Both the position numbers and the translations under genes were made by a program. Of a stretch of DNA of 64,000 nt, positions 1 through 10,978 are shown piece by piece. This DNA is from Candidatus Bathyarchaeota archaeon (GTDB lineage: Archaea > Thermoproteota > Bathyarchaeia > Bathyarchaeales > Bathycorpusculaceae). Under the pieces are notes generated by a model. It made no database searches. It worked only from the letters and a program-made list of their open reading frames with translations, and was not told the DNA's origin. The stretch is taken from assembly GCA_963826715.1 (NCBI GenBank), contig CAWGYA010000008.1, positions 160,001 to 224,000 of the forward strand. Reading direction: 5' to 3'. The stretch's first letter is position 1. Each line of letters opens with the position of its first letter.

Positions 1-785
1 TCGTCGACATATGCTCCTTCGTTTAATGAATCCGTGTGTATTGCTAGTTGAACATCATATTCGTCTGCAACACTCAAGCCCGTATCCAAAGATGCCCTGG
101 TAGCACCCCAGTCTTCATGCATTTTAAGTCCGCCTGCACCTGCTGCAAGCTGTTCAACTATTGTATCTGGTTTACTATCGTTAGCTTTAGCCAAGAAAAG
201 CCAGTTGATTGGCAAACCTTCACTGGCCTCTATCATTTTTCTTATGTTCCAAGGTCCTGGTGTACAGGTAGTTGCATTTGTTCCATCGGCAGGCCCTGTG
301 CCTCCACCGATATAGGTTGTTATGCCATTTCCTATTGCATGGTACACTTGCTGCGGAGATATCATGTGAACATGTGTATCGAAGAAGCCTGCAGTGGCAA
401 TCAGTCCTTCTCCAGCAGTAACTTCAGTTGAGTTACTTGTAACCATGTTTTCAGTTACGTTATCCATCGTACTTGGGTTTCCAGCTTTTCCGATTCCTGC
501 TATTACCCCGTTTCTAATGCCTATGTCAGCTTTGACTACACCTAGTATTGCATCTAAAACTATAACGTTGGTAATAACATGGTCAAGAGCGCCATTTGCC
601 TGTGTTGTGCCAGCCGCTAAACCCATTCCTTGTCTAGCAGTTTTTCCACCACCGAAGACCAACTCGTCGCCAAATGAAGTGCAATCTTTTTCCACTTCAA
701 CGATCAAGTTTGTATCTGCCAATTGAATTTTGTCGCCTTTAGTTGGACCGTACAGATCTAAATATTGTTTTCTTGTGATTTTCAT
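1..785 (-). CDS. ureC: urease subunit alpha, N-terminal part (runs off the window start)
   Basis: Manual translation from ATG at 785: [25 protein letters not shown]...[11 protein letters not shown]...GLKMHEDWG...IHTDSLNE, with urease Ni-ligand motifs; follows ureB. Confidence 0.96.
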   Translation of the reverse strand, partial: MKITRKQYLDLYGPTKGDKIQLADTNLIVEVEKDCTSFGDELVFGGGKTARQGMGLAAGTTQANGALDHVITNVIVLDAILGVVKADIGIRNGVIAGIGKAGNPSTMDNVTENMVTSNSTEVTAGEGLIATAGFFDTHVHMISPQQVYHAIGNGITTYIGGGTGPADGTNATTCTPGPWNIRKMIEASEGLPINWLFLAKANDSKPDTIVEQLAAGAGGLKMHEDWGATRASLDTGLSVADEYDVQLAIHTDSLNEGAYVD

Positions 786-789
786 TTTT

Positions 790-1167
790 TCAGGCTCCTT
801 TGAACTTGAGTTTTTTTGCTTTTGAAAGTGCCAAATCTTTTCGATAAATTGTTCTTACGCTACCGTCAACGAGATTGTTAAATCCGTGGATATATTTTTT
901 ACCACCGTATTCTACAAGTGTGATTTCTTTTTCTTGCCCCGGTTCAAATCTTACGCTTGTGCCTGCTGGAATTGCGAGTTTCATGCCGTATGCTTTTTCT
1001 CTCTCGAATTCCAATGCTCTATTTGACTCAAAGAAGTGAAAGTGTGAACCCACTTGAATTCCTCTATCGCCAGTATTTTTTACTTTTAATGTAAGTGTTT
1101 TTCTATTTGGGAAAGCTTCTATGTCGCCTTGTCCAAGGGTTATTTTGCCCACCGTATTGGGAGTCAT
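790..1167 (-). CDS. ureB: urease subunit beta
   Basis: [19 protein letters not shown] and [11 protein letters not shown] signatures. Confidence 0.97.
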   Translation of the reverse strand: MTPNTVGKITLGQGDIEAFPNRKTLTLKVKNTGDRGIQVGSHFHFFESNRALEFEREKAYGMKLAIPAGTSVRFEPGQEKEITLVEYGGKKYIHGFNNLVDGSVRTIYRKDLALSKAKKLKFKGA

Positions 1168-1487
1168 TTTTCGTTTTCCTCCTTTGGCTGGATTGGATTA
1201 TGAACGCTTACTAGTTTGGTTCCATCTGGAAATGTTGCTTCAACCTGAACAAGAGTTATCATGTCAGCCACATTTGGCATCACGTCATCCATGGTCAAAA
1301 CATGCCTAGCTTCTTGAGCTATTTTAGCTACACCGACACCTCTTCTAGCGCCTTCTTGAACAAAATCTGCAATGATTGCTACAGTTTCAGGATAATTCAG
1401 TTTTAGCCCATTTTTCATTCTTCGCTCAGCCATTCTTGCAGCGGTAAAAATCATCATTTTTTCTGTTTCACGTGGAATCAGCTTCAT
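1164..1487 (-). CDS. ureA: urease subunit gamma
   Basis: MKLIPRE...GLKLNYPE...[19 protein letters not shown]. Confidence 0.97.
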   Translation of the reverse strand: MKLIPRETEKMMIFTAARMAERRMKNGLKLNYPETVAIIADFVQEGARRGVGVAKIAQEARHVLTMDDVMPNVADMITLVQVEATFPDGTKLVSVHNPIQPKEENEK

Positions 1488-1540
1488 TTTATTCGCCTTC
1501 TAATTAGTCATAGGTTTAAAATAGCTGTTTAAAACTATGC

Positions 1541-1557
1541 TGTTACAATATGTAACA
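1541..1557. promoter_or_regulatory. palindromic operator TGTTACA-ATA-TGTAACA (fits TGTNA-N7-TNACA)
   Basis: Perfect 7-bp inverted repeat between TATA-like boxes of the divergent ureA and urea transporter genes. Confidence 0.6.
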
Positions 1558-1610
1558 ACATAATTTTATATTCATTTCACAAACTAACCCGTTTTATAAG
1601 GTAGGTACTA

Positions 1611-2747
1611 ATGGATCCTATTTCAGGAACTATAAATTTTGTTCTTAACGGTGTTGCCCAAGTTTTCTTCATGGGGTCGCCTTTAGTTGGGATCATCTTT
1701 GTAATTGCTCTTGCCATTAATTCAAAAAGGGCAGCTACCTTTGCTGTCATAGGGTCAATAGCTGGAAGCTTGGTGGGTTTGGCTTTAGGGATAGAGCTTG
1801 TACCAACATCTTTGTCTTCACCGGACAACGCTTTAACTTACGGAATATTTGGATTTAACTCCGTTTTAACCGCTATTGCTTTAGGCGACACATTTCTTGA
1901 AAAAGGACGCTCGGCAACAACCGCAGCAGTTGTAGGCGCTCTTATAACTGGGTTCATTACCGCCTCATTAATTTGGGTCACAAAAATTTTTGGTCTGCCC
2001 GTGGAAACTTCAGCGTTTGTATTAACAACTTGGATTTTCCTATTTGCAGCCAAAAAGTTTTCCGCCGTGAAATTAGCTGGTCCTCCACCTGCACCAAAAC
2101 AAAGAAACACATTACTCAAAAATCCTCAAGACACAGATAAAGAAGAACCCTTGCGATTAAGTGAATTCACTTTGGGTGGATTTGTAAAATTAATCTTTAC
2201 AGGCATCGCGCAAGTATTCTTCCAAGAAAACTGGAAGACAGGAGTTCTAATTTTCATCGGATTAACTGTTGCTACAATTCCATTAAACCCCTATGGGTTC
2301 CCAGTGCAATATCCAATATACTTCGCTGGAATCACCGCATTCATAGGAACTCTTTCTGCAACACTAGCTGCGATTGCATTCAAAGCTGACAGATCCTCTG
2401 TCCTGATTGGTTTATATGGGTTTAACGGAACCTTAACAGCCTTGGCTGTAATGGGGGTTTTTGTTGGGTTCCTCTGGCCAATAAGTCCCTTCAATGGTGC
2501 GCCAATTAACTTCCTAATCATGCTTTTCGCCACGGCGTTCTCAACCATAGTTACTGCTTTCATGGGAACAATAACGGGGCGTTTCAACCTTCCCACTCTA
2601 ACTGGTCCGTTTGTGTTCACTGCTTGGCTTATAGAGTTGGGCGCACACGTTTTTCCTTCAATAGCTCCAGCCCAAATAGTTATATTAACAAACAGCGGAA
2701 TTCCAGCACTTATGCAGTTAATGCATCATTTTGCATTGGTGCTTTAG
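1611..2747 (+). CDS. urea transporter (UT/Yut family)
   Basis: Hydrophobic, two homologous halves each with G(V/I)AQVFF and G(I/L)(F/Y)GFN; next to urease. Confidence 0.9.
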   Translation: MDPISGTINFVLNGVAQVFFMGSPLVGIIFVIALAINSKRAATFAVIGSIAGSLVGLALGIELVPTSLSSPDNALTYGIFGFNSVLTAIALGDTFLEKGRSATTAAVVGALITGFITASLIWVTKIFGLPVETSAFVLTTWIFLFAAKKFSAVKLAGPPPAPKQRNTLLKNPQDTDKEEPLRLSEFTLGGFVKLIFTGIAQVFFQENWKTGVLIFIGLTVATIPLNPYGFPVQYPIYFAGITAFIGTLSATLAAIAFKADRSSVLIGLYGFNGTLTALAVMGVFVGFLWPISPFNGAPINFLIMLFATAFSTIVTAFMGTITGRFNLPTLTGPFVFTAWLIELGAHVFPSIAPAQIVILTNSGIPALMQLMHHFALVL

Positions 2748-2776
2748 CGCCCAAGTAGATTTATGGATGGATAAAT

Positions 2777-4090
2777 ATGTCAGCTATTCCTACAGAAAAC
2801 CTATTCAATAATCTTTGGGTCTTGATATGTGGAGTTCTAGTTTTTATAATGACTATTTCAGTAGGAATACTTGAGAGGGGAGAACTTGGCAGAGGCGCCA
2901 ACAGAGCCTTAATGAAAAATATTATGATTTCGTGTTCAGGTTTCTTTTTCATGGCATTTCTCGGCTTTAGCGTTGCTTTTGCACCTACAATAGGCGGGGG
3001 CTTAATGGGTAATCCGCTGTATAACTTTCCGCTCATGGGTAGCTTCCAGGGTAATTCTGCGGATATTTTTACTCAAGTTTGGTGGTCAATGGGTCCACAG
3101 TATTTTAACAATTCAGTTACTCTTCCTTCTTATTTTTTCTTTGAAACAGCCTTCGCTACAGTGACCCTTGCGTTGGTCGGTGTGGTTGTTTTAAGAAAAA
3201 TGAAGTTGGAAGCTTTCTTTCTTTATTCAATTCCTTACTTCATCCTCATTTGGGCTTTGCCGGCTGCCTGGATATGGAATCCACAAGGTTGGCTTTACGT
3301 ATTAGGCGTAAGAGACTTTGCAGGTGGATTAGTTGTTCATGGAGCAGCAGGAGCAGCAGGGTTAGCCATTGTTCTTAGAATTTGGCAGGAAGAGAAAAAG
3401 AAAGGATTCCGAGAAAGCCCGCAAATAAAACCTAAGCCTAACACGCCATGGTTATCTTTGTCAATTCTTCTTCTTTGGCTTGGGTGGTTTGGTTTCAATC
3501 CTGGAAGCACTTTAGCATTAAATATTCAATCATACATTGTAGTTCTGATCACTTTTCTTGCTGCAGCGACCAGCTTTTTGTTTACAATGCTTTTTAAGTA
3601 CCTTGAGATAAAAAAAATGCCCAGCATAATGTATGCGGCAAATGGTATTCTCATAGGCTTAATCGTTATCACCCCAGTTGCTGGATATGTAGGTCCTCAG
3701 AGCGCAGTTATTCTGGGAATATTGGGATCAATTTTATTTATTTTAGGCGAGAAGCTTTTCCAGCGAGCTAAATGGTTTACTGATCCAGTTGGTTTATTTC
3801 CAGGGCACTTTTTAGGCGGCATATTTGGTTTCATTATGGTTGCGTTTTTCACACAGAAGGCATTTGCGGACTTCGGAGGCGGGTTTGGACTTTCGAACGG
3901 ATTATTTTTCGGCGGCGGGATGGCTGCTTTGCATCAACTCGGACTTCAATTACTAGCTATCCCAGTAGTCACTATCACAGTCTTTGTATTATCATATATC
4001 TTTATGTGGATTATAAGCAAAGGTATTCATGGCATAATTAAAGAGTACACTGCTGAAGAGCTTAGAGAACAAAAGACAAAACCAGCATAA
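2777..4090 (+). CDS. amt: ammonium transporter (Amt family)
   Basis: WIW, RDFAGGLVVH, WLGWFGFNPGS and second His in FPGHFLGG. Confidence 0.95.
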   Translation: MSAIPTENLFNNLWVLICGVLVFIMTISVGILERGELGRGANRALMKNIMISCSGFFFMAFLGFSVAFAPTIGGGLMGNPLYNFPLMGSFQGNSADIFTQVWWSMGPQYFNNSVTLPSYFFFETAFATVTLALVGVVVLRKMKLEAFFLYSIPYFILIWALPAAWIWNPQGWLYVLGVRDFAGGLVVHGAAGAAGLAIVLRIWQEEKKKGFRESPQIKPKPNTPWLSLSILLLWLGWFGFNPGSTLALNIQSYIVVLITFLAAATSFLFTMLFKYLEIKKMPSIMYAANGILIGLIVITPVAGYVGPQSAVILGILGSILFILGEKLFQRAKWFTDPVGLFPGHFLGGIFGFIMVAFFTQKAFADFGGGFGLSNGLFFGGGMAALHQLGLQLLAIPVVTITVFVLSYIFMWIISKGIHGIIKEYTAEELREQKTKPA

Positions 4091-5199
4091 TAAACTAATT
4101 TTCTTTGCAGCTAGAGGAAGTAAATAGTTGCCACTCATAACAATAATAGCCAAACAATTTTGCTAAGCATTAATTAACACACGCAAATCTACGATGTTAT
4201 TCATAGATGAAAAACACCTCTTAGCTACAAGGTTCTACATTATTTGGTTCATTAAATGTTTATAAGTTTAAAAAAAATTTAAACATATTATGCATCGAAA
4301 AGCGCTGTTTTTTCTTGCAGGACTTTTTCTGGCCACTGCTTTAATGGCGCCATCAATAATTTTAATCGATCAAGCGAACTCGGACTTGAACAACATTTTT
4401 GCACAAGATAATCCTTGAATGGAAACAAGCATCAATAGCTCAACAGCCGATCAGATTAGCCAAGCCACCAGGCAACGTTTATTCTTGTCATAATAATCGA
4501 GGTAATATTTGTAATTCTCTTCGCAATAACGTTGTTTTTTGCCAAAACCAGTAACTCCAACCTTTGATTACTAATAAGCCAAAAAATCATAGAGTCAGTA
4601 AGTTCCAAAAGGTAATTTTTTACTATATGAAGCTGAACATACAATACAGCGGTTCAATGCCCATGCCAATTTCTGAAGGAAAAGCCATTCTCAAGTAGTT
4701 TTCTGAGAAAGAACATAAAAAAGTTGGGAGCAACTTAAAAATTGTCTATGTGAGTTCCCCTCTAGACAACTCCGCTGCCCACAAAAGTTTCCTTAAAGTA
4801 GACGCTCCGAATCAAGAGGTAAGCAAAAATTCTTTGGTTCAATGACAGTTGAAGTGAGACCTGTTAAATCACTAAGTGAAATATCAAAAAATCTGTAGAC
4901 ACAGATGCGATGATGCGCATAACGATATCTGTTAAAGACTAAAAACAACAAATATCCAAGCCCTGGTTTCTTTAGTGATATTTGAATTGAAAAGTATGAA
5001 AAAAAAATCAAATCTCCGATGATATAGCATCATTCTTAAATAACCTGCTATCCGCTTGCAGCGCCAAATCGTATACCGAAAAGTAAGAGATGGGTAGCTA
5101 TATTTTGTCTCCAGTAAGGGTTAAAGAGAGAACGACAATGGCATACTTCAGAAAAGCAAATAAGACACAGAAAAAGTAACCATTACGTGAAAATATCTT

Positions 5200-5424
5200 T
5201 TGAAAGCAAAAATAGGTTTGATCACGGCTTTTATTATAACAGCCGTTGTTGGAGTTTATAGCATAGACATAGGTATTCGTGTGTCAAAAGGCAATGAGCG
5301 CCCCGAAATCCTAGCTGTGGCGTTAATATTACTTGTATTACTGTTTTTTATTAATATCATATTATTGGCTAAACAACAAAAAAATAAACGGGAAAATTTA
5401 TTTGAAGCTCTATTTACCATTTAG
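5200..5424 (+). CDS. small hypothetical membrane protein
   Basis: 74 aa, two hydrophobic segments. Confidence 0.4.
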   Translation: MKAKIGLITAFIITAVVGVYSIDIGIRVSKGNERPEILAVALILLVLLFFINIILLAKQQKNKRENLFEALFTI

Positions 5425-6968
5425 CTCTTTTGATGGGAAACGTACAGTGAACGTTGTTCCTTTACCTTCTTGACTCTCAAAGTCTACACTGTCACCTAAC
5501 GCTTCACTCATACGTTTAACAACAACTAACCCGAACCCTTGACCTTTCGCCTTAGTCGTAAACATTGGAGTAAACAATTTTCCTTTTACGGCTTCAGAAA
5601 TTCCGACACCTGAATCTTTGACTAATATGACAGTGTCATTTACTTCCTTGTAAGTATATATGAATAGTTTTCCGCCATTGGGCATAGCTTGAACCGCGTT
5701 ATTCACTAAATTGTTCAATATACGAGTTATAAAAGTAGAGTCAGAGACAAATCTCCCTGCACCGGCTTCAACTTCAACGCTAACTTCAATATTACCGGGC
5801 AACCTTTTTTCCTTTAATAACTGGTCAATAATAAGTTTCAGCTCAATGTCCCCTAAATCAGGTTTAAGAGGTCTAGCAAAATCCTGCAAATCAGCTACAA
5901 TTTTGTTAATGTAATCAACGTTCTTCTCAATTTCTGATAAGCTCTCTTTTAAATTATTTTTTTCTTCACCATCAGGAATTGAGGCTAAATCTGTTTTAGC
6001 TAAAAATAACTCGCCAGTTATAGACTATAACGGGTTACGAATATCATGCCCCACCATGCCCGCGGTCGCACCGATAGCAGCTAAACGCTCCGCCGCCTTC
6101 AACTGTTGCACTCTTTTGTTTGCAAGCTCCTCCATTTGATTAGCATATTCTTTAACCAAAACCGCGGACTCTTCAAGCTTAGCCTGCATTCGAATCCGTT
6201 CAGTTATATCAACATTTGATTCCAATATTTCCATAATTTCGCCTAGAGCATTAAATTTGCCCAACCAATAACTCTGCACAAAAAACTTTATCTCCATTTT
6301 TGCATTTATGGCTGATTTCACCTGACCACTTACCGTCCAATTTAAGCTCTTTAAGAACTTCCTCTAGTGATTGCGGGAATTCTGTCATTAACAATGTGTG
6401 GATAACTTGTCCAACAGCTTCGTCTTTACTTCAACCATACAGTTTCTCAGCACCCTTACTCCAAAAAGCACTAGTACCGTCCAACCTTCTAACAATTATA
6501 ACATTAGGACTAAGATCAATAAGCTCAGCTTGCCTTGCAGTCGCTTCTTCTGCCTTTCTTGCGTTCTGTAATATCCTCAAATAAAACGACAAAATATCCC
6601 TTTTCAGGACAGTAAGCTGAAACTTTAAACCATTTATCCAAAGGCTCCGCATGATTCTCAAATTTAATGGGCGCCCCAGTTAGCGCAACTTTGCCATAAA
6701 CGTTAATCCAGTCTGTCGGGTCCTTCTCAATACCGATAAGGGCGTCTGTTACTTTCTTGACTATAAGTTGCTCTCTTTTAAGACCGGTCATCTTTTCAAA
6801 AGCATGATTGATTTCAACAAAAATGTAATCAACTGGTTTTCCCGACTTATCGACGACAATTATATGGTATGCAAAGCCATCGAGCATTTTATTAAAAAAC
6901 AAATTGAACTGTGTTCGGTCGCCACTGAAAGCCTTTTCCCATTCACCGGTTAAAACATCAGTTGACAT
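5410..6968 (-). pseudogene. PAS-domain sensor histidine kinase, disrupted
   Basis: PAS fragments in shifting frames (6525-6968, 6431-6661); H-box VGHDIRNPL followed by in-frame TAG at 6025-6027; HATPase N/G1/F/G2 boxes in 5410-5889. Confidence 0.85.
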
Positions 6969-7528
6969 TCTTAGGCTTCACCGTTAAATTACTAAAGATA
7001 CACAGATCCGCAGTATAAGAACACAACTTAATGCAGCGACAGATATCAGAAAAATTCTTAAACCTGCATTTTGGTTCGACTCATAAGTCGTAAACTACTC
7101 TTTTTAAGCTTCGTTCAATACAACAACAGCAACGTTTGTTAGTACTCAAGCACAAGCTTACACCTAAGGGCTCCGTTTTTGCATAGTCAGCAACGAAAGC
7201 ATAATTTTGTCTGGTCTTCGAAAGTTTTGAACTGCTTCTCTATTTAGAATCAATTACACTCTATCCCTACTTTAGTTTGTTTGATTAAATTGAATTTGAT
7301 ACACATGGCAATTTGCACACAAATTCTGCTTATTTTCGAGACATGATTATCATGGGTCGCTTTGGTATAATGAAGAGTAAACGAGCAAACTTATTTGTAT
7401 AGCCTTTCCCAAAACATTAAACATATCCCGCCTTGGTTCAGAGATGGCTTTAGGCAGGTTAAATCTTACTTTGCCTATGTCCATTCGACACTGACGCGGG
7501 AAATCTTAGTGTTAGAGAAGGTGAGCGC

Positions 7529-8449
7529 ATGAGTATACGAGTGGTGTTTCTTGGAACCAGCGGCAGCGTACCCACAATAAAACGTAGTCTACCAGCCGTG
7601 ATTGTGCAATGTCCACGTAATCAGTGGATGTTTGATTGCGGAGAAGGTGTACAGCGACAGATGATGGGAGCAAAAGTGAGTTTTCACCGGAAAATGAAAA
7701 TTCTAATAACTCATCTGCACGGCGACCACGTTTTGGGTTTACCTGGCCTTCTCCAGACGATGGCATTGATGGATAGAAAAGAATCTGTTGAGATTTATGG
7801 TCCAGTTGGGCTCGCCGCTTTTCTATCATGCGCCAAAGAAACACTGAATTTCAGCTTAAACTACCCTCTTGAAATCAATGAAATCAAATGCGAGGGGTTA
7901 GTCTGCGATGAAACAGAATTCCAAATTAAAGCCATCAAATCCAGCCACGCTATAGATGGCTACTGCTTTGCGCTCATTGAAAAATCACGCCCAGGAAGAT
8001 TCTACCCAAAAAAGGCTTTGACATTAGGGGTTCCTGAAGGTGAACTGTGGTCTAAACTGCAGGGAGGCAAATCAGTCATTCTTCCAAATGGAAAAACTGT
8101 TACGCCGAACGAAATAATGGGTCCGATACGTCCTGGAAGAAAAATAGTATATACAGGAGACACAAAACCCTTCTATGCCTTCGCAGAGTTCGCCAAAAAT
8201 GCGGATTTAGTGATACATGACTGCACCTTCGATAACGATCTTTCGGAGAGGGCAGCAACGGATGGGCATTCAACGCCAACCCAAGCAGCAACAGAGGCAA
8301 AAGCTGCAGGCGCCGAGCGGCTGGTACTCATTCACATCAGTGCACGCTACCCCGACGCCACGGCTCTTCTAGAAGAAGCGAAAAAAGTGTTTCAAAACAG
8401 CATCCTTGCCGAAGACGGCATGGAAATTGAGGTCCCTCTAAAAGAGTAA
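7529..8449 (+). CDS. rnz: ribonuclease Z
   Basis: FLGTSGSVPT, FDCGEG, THLHGDH, YTGDT, GHST, LIHISARY. Confidence 0.95.
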   Translation: MSIRVVFLGTSGSVPTIKRSLPAVIVQCPRNQWMFDCGEGVQRQMMGAKVSFHRKMKILITHLHGDHVLGLPGLLQTMALMDRKESVEIYGPVGLAAFLSCAKETLNFSLNYPLEINEIKCEGLVCDETEFQIKAIKSSHAIDGYCFALIEKSRPGRFYPKKALTLGVPEGELWSKLQGGKSVILPNGKTVTPNEIMGPIRPGRKIVYTGDTKPFYAFAEFAKNADLVIHDCTFDNDLSERAATDGHSTPTQAATEAKAAGAERLVLIHISARYPDATALLEEAKKVFQNSILAEDGMEIEVPLKE

Positions 8450-9220
8450 CTCGTTAAGTTTAGCAATACTTTCTGGAACACCACGCACAGATTCCACCAC
8501 GACAGTTTTGTCGTATCCAATTTTCTTTAGCGACTCTGCAAACCCCACATAATCAATCGTACCATCACATACACCGTTGTGCTGATCGTCGCTACCATCG
8601 TTGTTGCTAGCATGGATATGTACGATCTTGTCAGCGAGCCGGTTAATGAATGGCTCAATTTGTCCTTCCAGATGAGCGTGCCCTAAATCCAAAGTTATAC
8701 CTATGGGCAAATTCGTTTCTTTGTACATCCGCATAAACTCGGCGGGTGTACTCATCAAGAACCAGTATTTATGCGGCAAATTCTCCAGTGCTAAATTTAC
8801 TCCATATTCCTCGCCTAACAAGTAGAGCTGCTTAATACTCTGGCACATAACTTTGAAGTCGGCATCTGGATAGAACTGACCGATCCCGGTACGCTGTGCC
8901 GGATGAAAAACCCACATCTTCGCATTTATAGCGTTGGCGTTTGCAAGAGATTGTTTTAGCCGCTTCATGGTGGCAGATAGCATAGACTTTATTGGTGAGC
9001 CGATATTGATGTCGGCGAAGGGAGCATGTAATGAATAGGTTAAGCCGTAAGATTTAGCGGCTTCTTTGAGCTGAGTCACTCGGACTTTGTTCAGGTCATG
9101 AGTGCCGTCGTCAAGAATTTCGATATATTTGGTGTCCATTCTCTCCAATCGCTTAACCATGCGGTTGAAGGGGTCTCCCAGACAGTAGAGCATTGAAACG
9201 CCAACTTTAGCTTTAGCCAT
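8438..9220 (-). CDS. sugar phosphate isomerase/epimerase (AP endonuclease 2 TIM barrel)
   Basis: SLHAPF, LALEN, LDLGHA, HIHASNN..DQH motifs. Confidence 0.85.
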   Translation of the reverse strand: MAKAKVGVSMLYCLGDPFNRMVKRLERMDTKYIEILDDGTHDLNKVRVTQLKEAAKSYGLTYSLHAPFADINIGSPIKSMLSATMKRLKQSLANANAINAKMWVFHPAQRTGIGQFYPDADFKVMCQSIKQLYLLGEEYGVNLALENLPHKYWFLMSTPAEFMRMYKETNLPIGITLDLGHAHLEGQIEPFINRLADKIVHIHASNNDGSDDQHNGVCDGTIDYVGFAESLKKIGYDKTVVVESVRGVPESIAKLNELLF

Positions 9221-9596
9221 ATCAGGTTCCCCAAGTAAAGAGATGATTCTGGTTTAAGCCAAACGACCTAAATAACTTAACGCTACTTTGAGAACAATCT
9301 AAATTATTTCTGATTAAAACTATTTTGGCAACTATGGGTCTCATCGCATCGAATCAACGCCGGAAGATAGCTTTACACCGGTTAAACTACCAAAAGAAAC
9401 TCTACAGGAACCTATTGACCCCGAAGACCCTCGTTATAACCTTAAAATGTTATATCTCGTTTTTTGAAGAAAAACTGAAGAACTTTCGCGCGAATTTTTT
9501 TAGCAATAGACATTGTTTATTGCATATAACGCATGAAAAAGAAACAACTAAACGCTCAAATAAGGCAAACGAATTATAATATATGAATAATAAGTC

Positions 9597-9767
9597 GTGA
9601 AAGGCTTGAATACAGTTTTATGGTCAAGCTGCCCTTATTGTGAGAGTACTCACCTGGAAGAAGATTTAGTTTCCGTCAGGTGTCTTGAATGTGGCATGGG
9701 GAAATATAAAAGGGGCAGATATAAAGAATATCGAAAACAATTACATAAAAAAGATACTCTCTCATGA
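9597..9767 (+). CDS. small zinc-ribbon protein (56 aa)
   Basis: Manual translation from GTG: CPYC...CLECG with basic tail; TTATAA box just upstream; below ORF-track cutoff. Confidence 0.5.
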   Translation: MKGLNTVLWSSCPYCESTHLEEDLVSVRCLECGMGKYKRGRYKEYRKQLHKKDTLS

Positions 9768-10034
9768 TTTATGTAATTGTTTCTAAAAAAAAGAGTGGTC
9801 AATTAATTATTTTAAAACATAAAAGCTTTTAAGAATAAAACTAATGCGTAATCGATCACATTGAAGAGTTGTTATATGAAAGTTCTATGATACCAGGAAA
9901 CTTAAATATTAAATCCTTAGGTGCAAGAGCAAGATTTGGGCTCTTGTGCGCAATTAAAAAAAAGCTGACAAAAAATAACTCAAATATGAATATTGAATAG
10001 TGCACTACAAGAATTAATCTAAAGAGTTTTCCAG

Positions 10035-10526
10035 CTAAGGTTTTCGGTATAGGTAAATCGTGTGCGAAGGATAACCCAGCACGGGGTTTTCACAAAAATT
10101 CGTTACTTTCTCAGGCCGCCACCCCACTATCTCATAATCATGAGACACTATTCGGGCATCTTTTTTTAGATCTAATTCGAGTTTGGGCTTGATTTTCTCG
10201 TTTGCACTTGTGGTTAAGTAAAGATAGACTACGTCTGCAGCGGTTAAGTTCACATTGAACATGTCATCGTTTATGATAGTTACCCGGTCTTCAAGCCCAC
10301 TTTCATAAATATTTCCCAGTGCCTTCTTAGCTAAATCCTCGCGCAGCTCAATACCTACGCCGCGTGCGCCAAAGTTTTTTGCGCCAAAAATCACGGTTCT
10401 TCCATCGCCTGAGCCCATATCAAATAATACCTCGCCTGACTTTAAACCAGCGAGTTTTAGCATGTATTCTACAACGCTACTTGGACTTGGAACAAAGGGC
10501 GCTATAAACATATTTTTTATCCCCAA
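10035..10526 (-). CDS. SAM-dependent protein-lysine methyltransferase, aKMT-like
   Basis: APFVPSP, DMGSGDGR, KPKLE..L...ARIVSHDY, HTIYLY resemble Sulfolobus aKMT. Confidence 0.8.
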   Translation of the reverse strand: MGIKNMFIAPFVPSPSSVVEYMLKLAGLKSGEVLFDMGSGDGRTVIFGAKNFGARGVGIELREDLAKKALGNIYESGLEDRVTIINDDMFNVNLTAADVVYLYLTTSANEKIKPKLELDLKKDARIVSHDYEIVGWRPEKVTNFCENPVLGYPSHTIYLYRKP

Positions 10527-10543
10527 CCAAGGATATTTTCCTG

Positions 10544-10870
10544 TTATGCTACATAAGCGTCTCTTTTAGGTTGTGGTCTTCTTGCTTCTCCACATTTCGC
10601 GCAGCTCTGAACACACAAATCAAGGTATTTCTCTTCATCTGATGTACCTATCGCATATGCAGCTTTAGAGCAAAGTTCGCTGGGTTCACTGCAGCCTTCC
10701 TTACTGCATAAAGTAGAGATGTATTCGCAAACATCCTTTACGTCTTGTGGCTCCAGAATTGCCCTGTTTGTTCGCACAATTAAGCAGAGTTCCCGTGCCA
10801 TAACGCAGGTCTTCATGAATTTGATCCGTTCCAGTACTTCTTTGCGCAGGTTTTTTCGGCTTATCTCCAA
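10544..10870 (-). CDS. hypothetical Cys-rich protein
   Basis: 108 aa ORF co-oriented between lhr and the methyltransferase. Confidence 0.65.
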   Translation of the reverse strand: MEISRKNLRKEVLERIKFMKTCVMARELCLIVRTNRAILEPQDVKDVCEYISTLCSKEGCSEPSELCSKAAYAIGTSDEEKYLDLCVQSCAKCGEARRPQPKRDAYVA

Positions 10871-10978
10871 AGATGCATTCTCCTAAGAACATAGCAGGCA
10901 AATAACCAGAAATAAATAAGTCTTAACTTAAAAAGATAATGTAAAAACGATTGAGGCAAGAATATCCAATATGCAGGG

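Noticed and set aside
48-726. Plus-strand ORFs 48-431 and 394-726
   Set aside because: Antisense shadows of ureC; the same applies to most short overlapping ORFs in the track
4290-5011. Short ORFs and a signal-peptide-like fragment after amt
   Set aside because: Interrupted and without recognisable motifs; probably remnants
6025-6027. In-frame TAG in the histidine kinase as possible pyrrolysine or read-through
   Set aside because: The same gene has independent frameshifts and the codon is one change from CAG; ordinary decay is simpler
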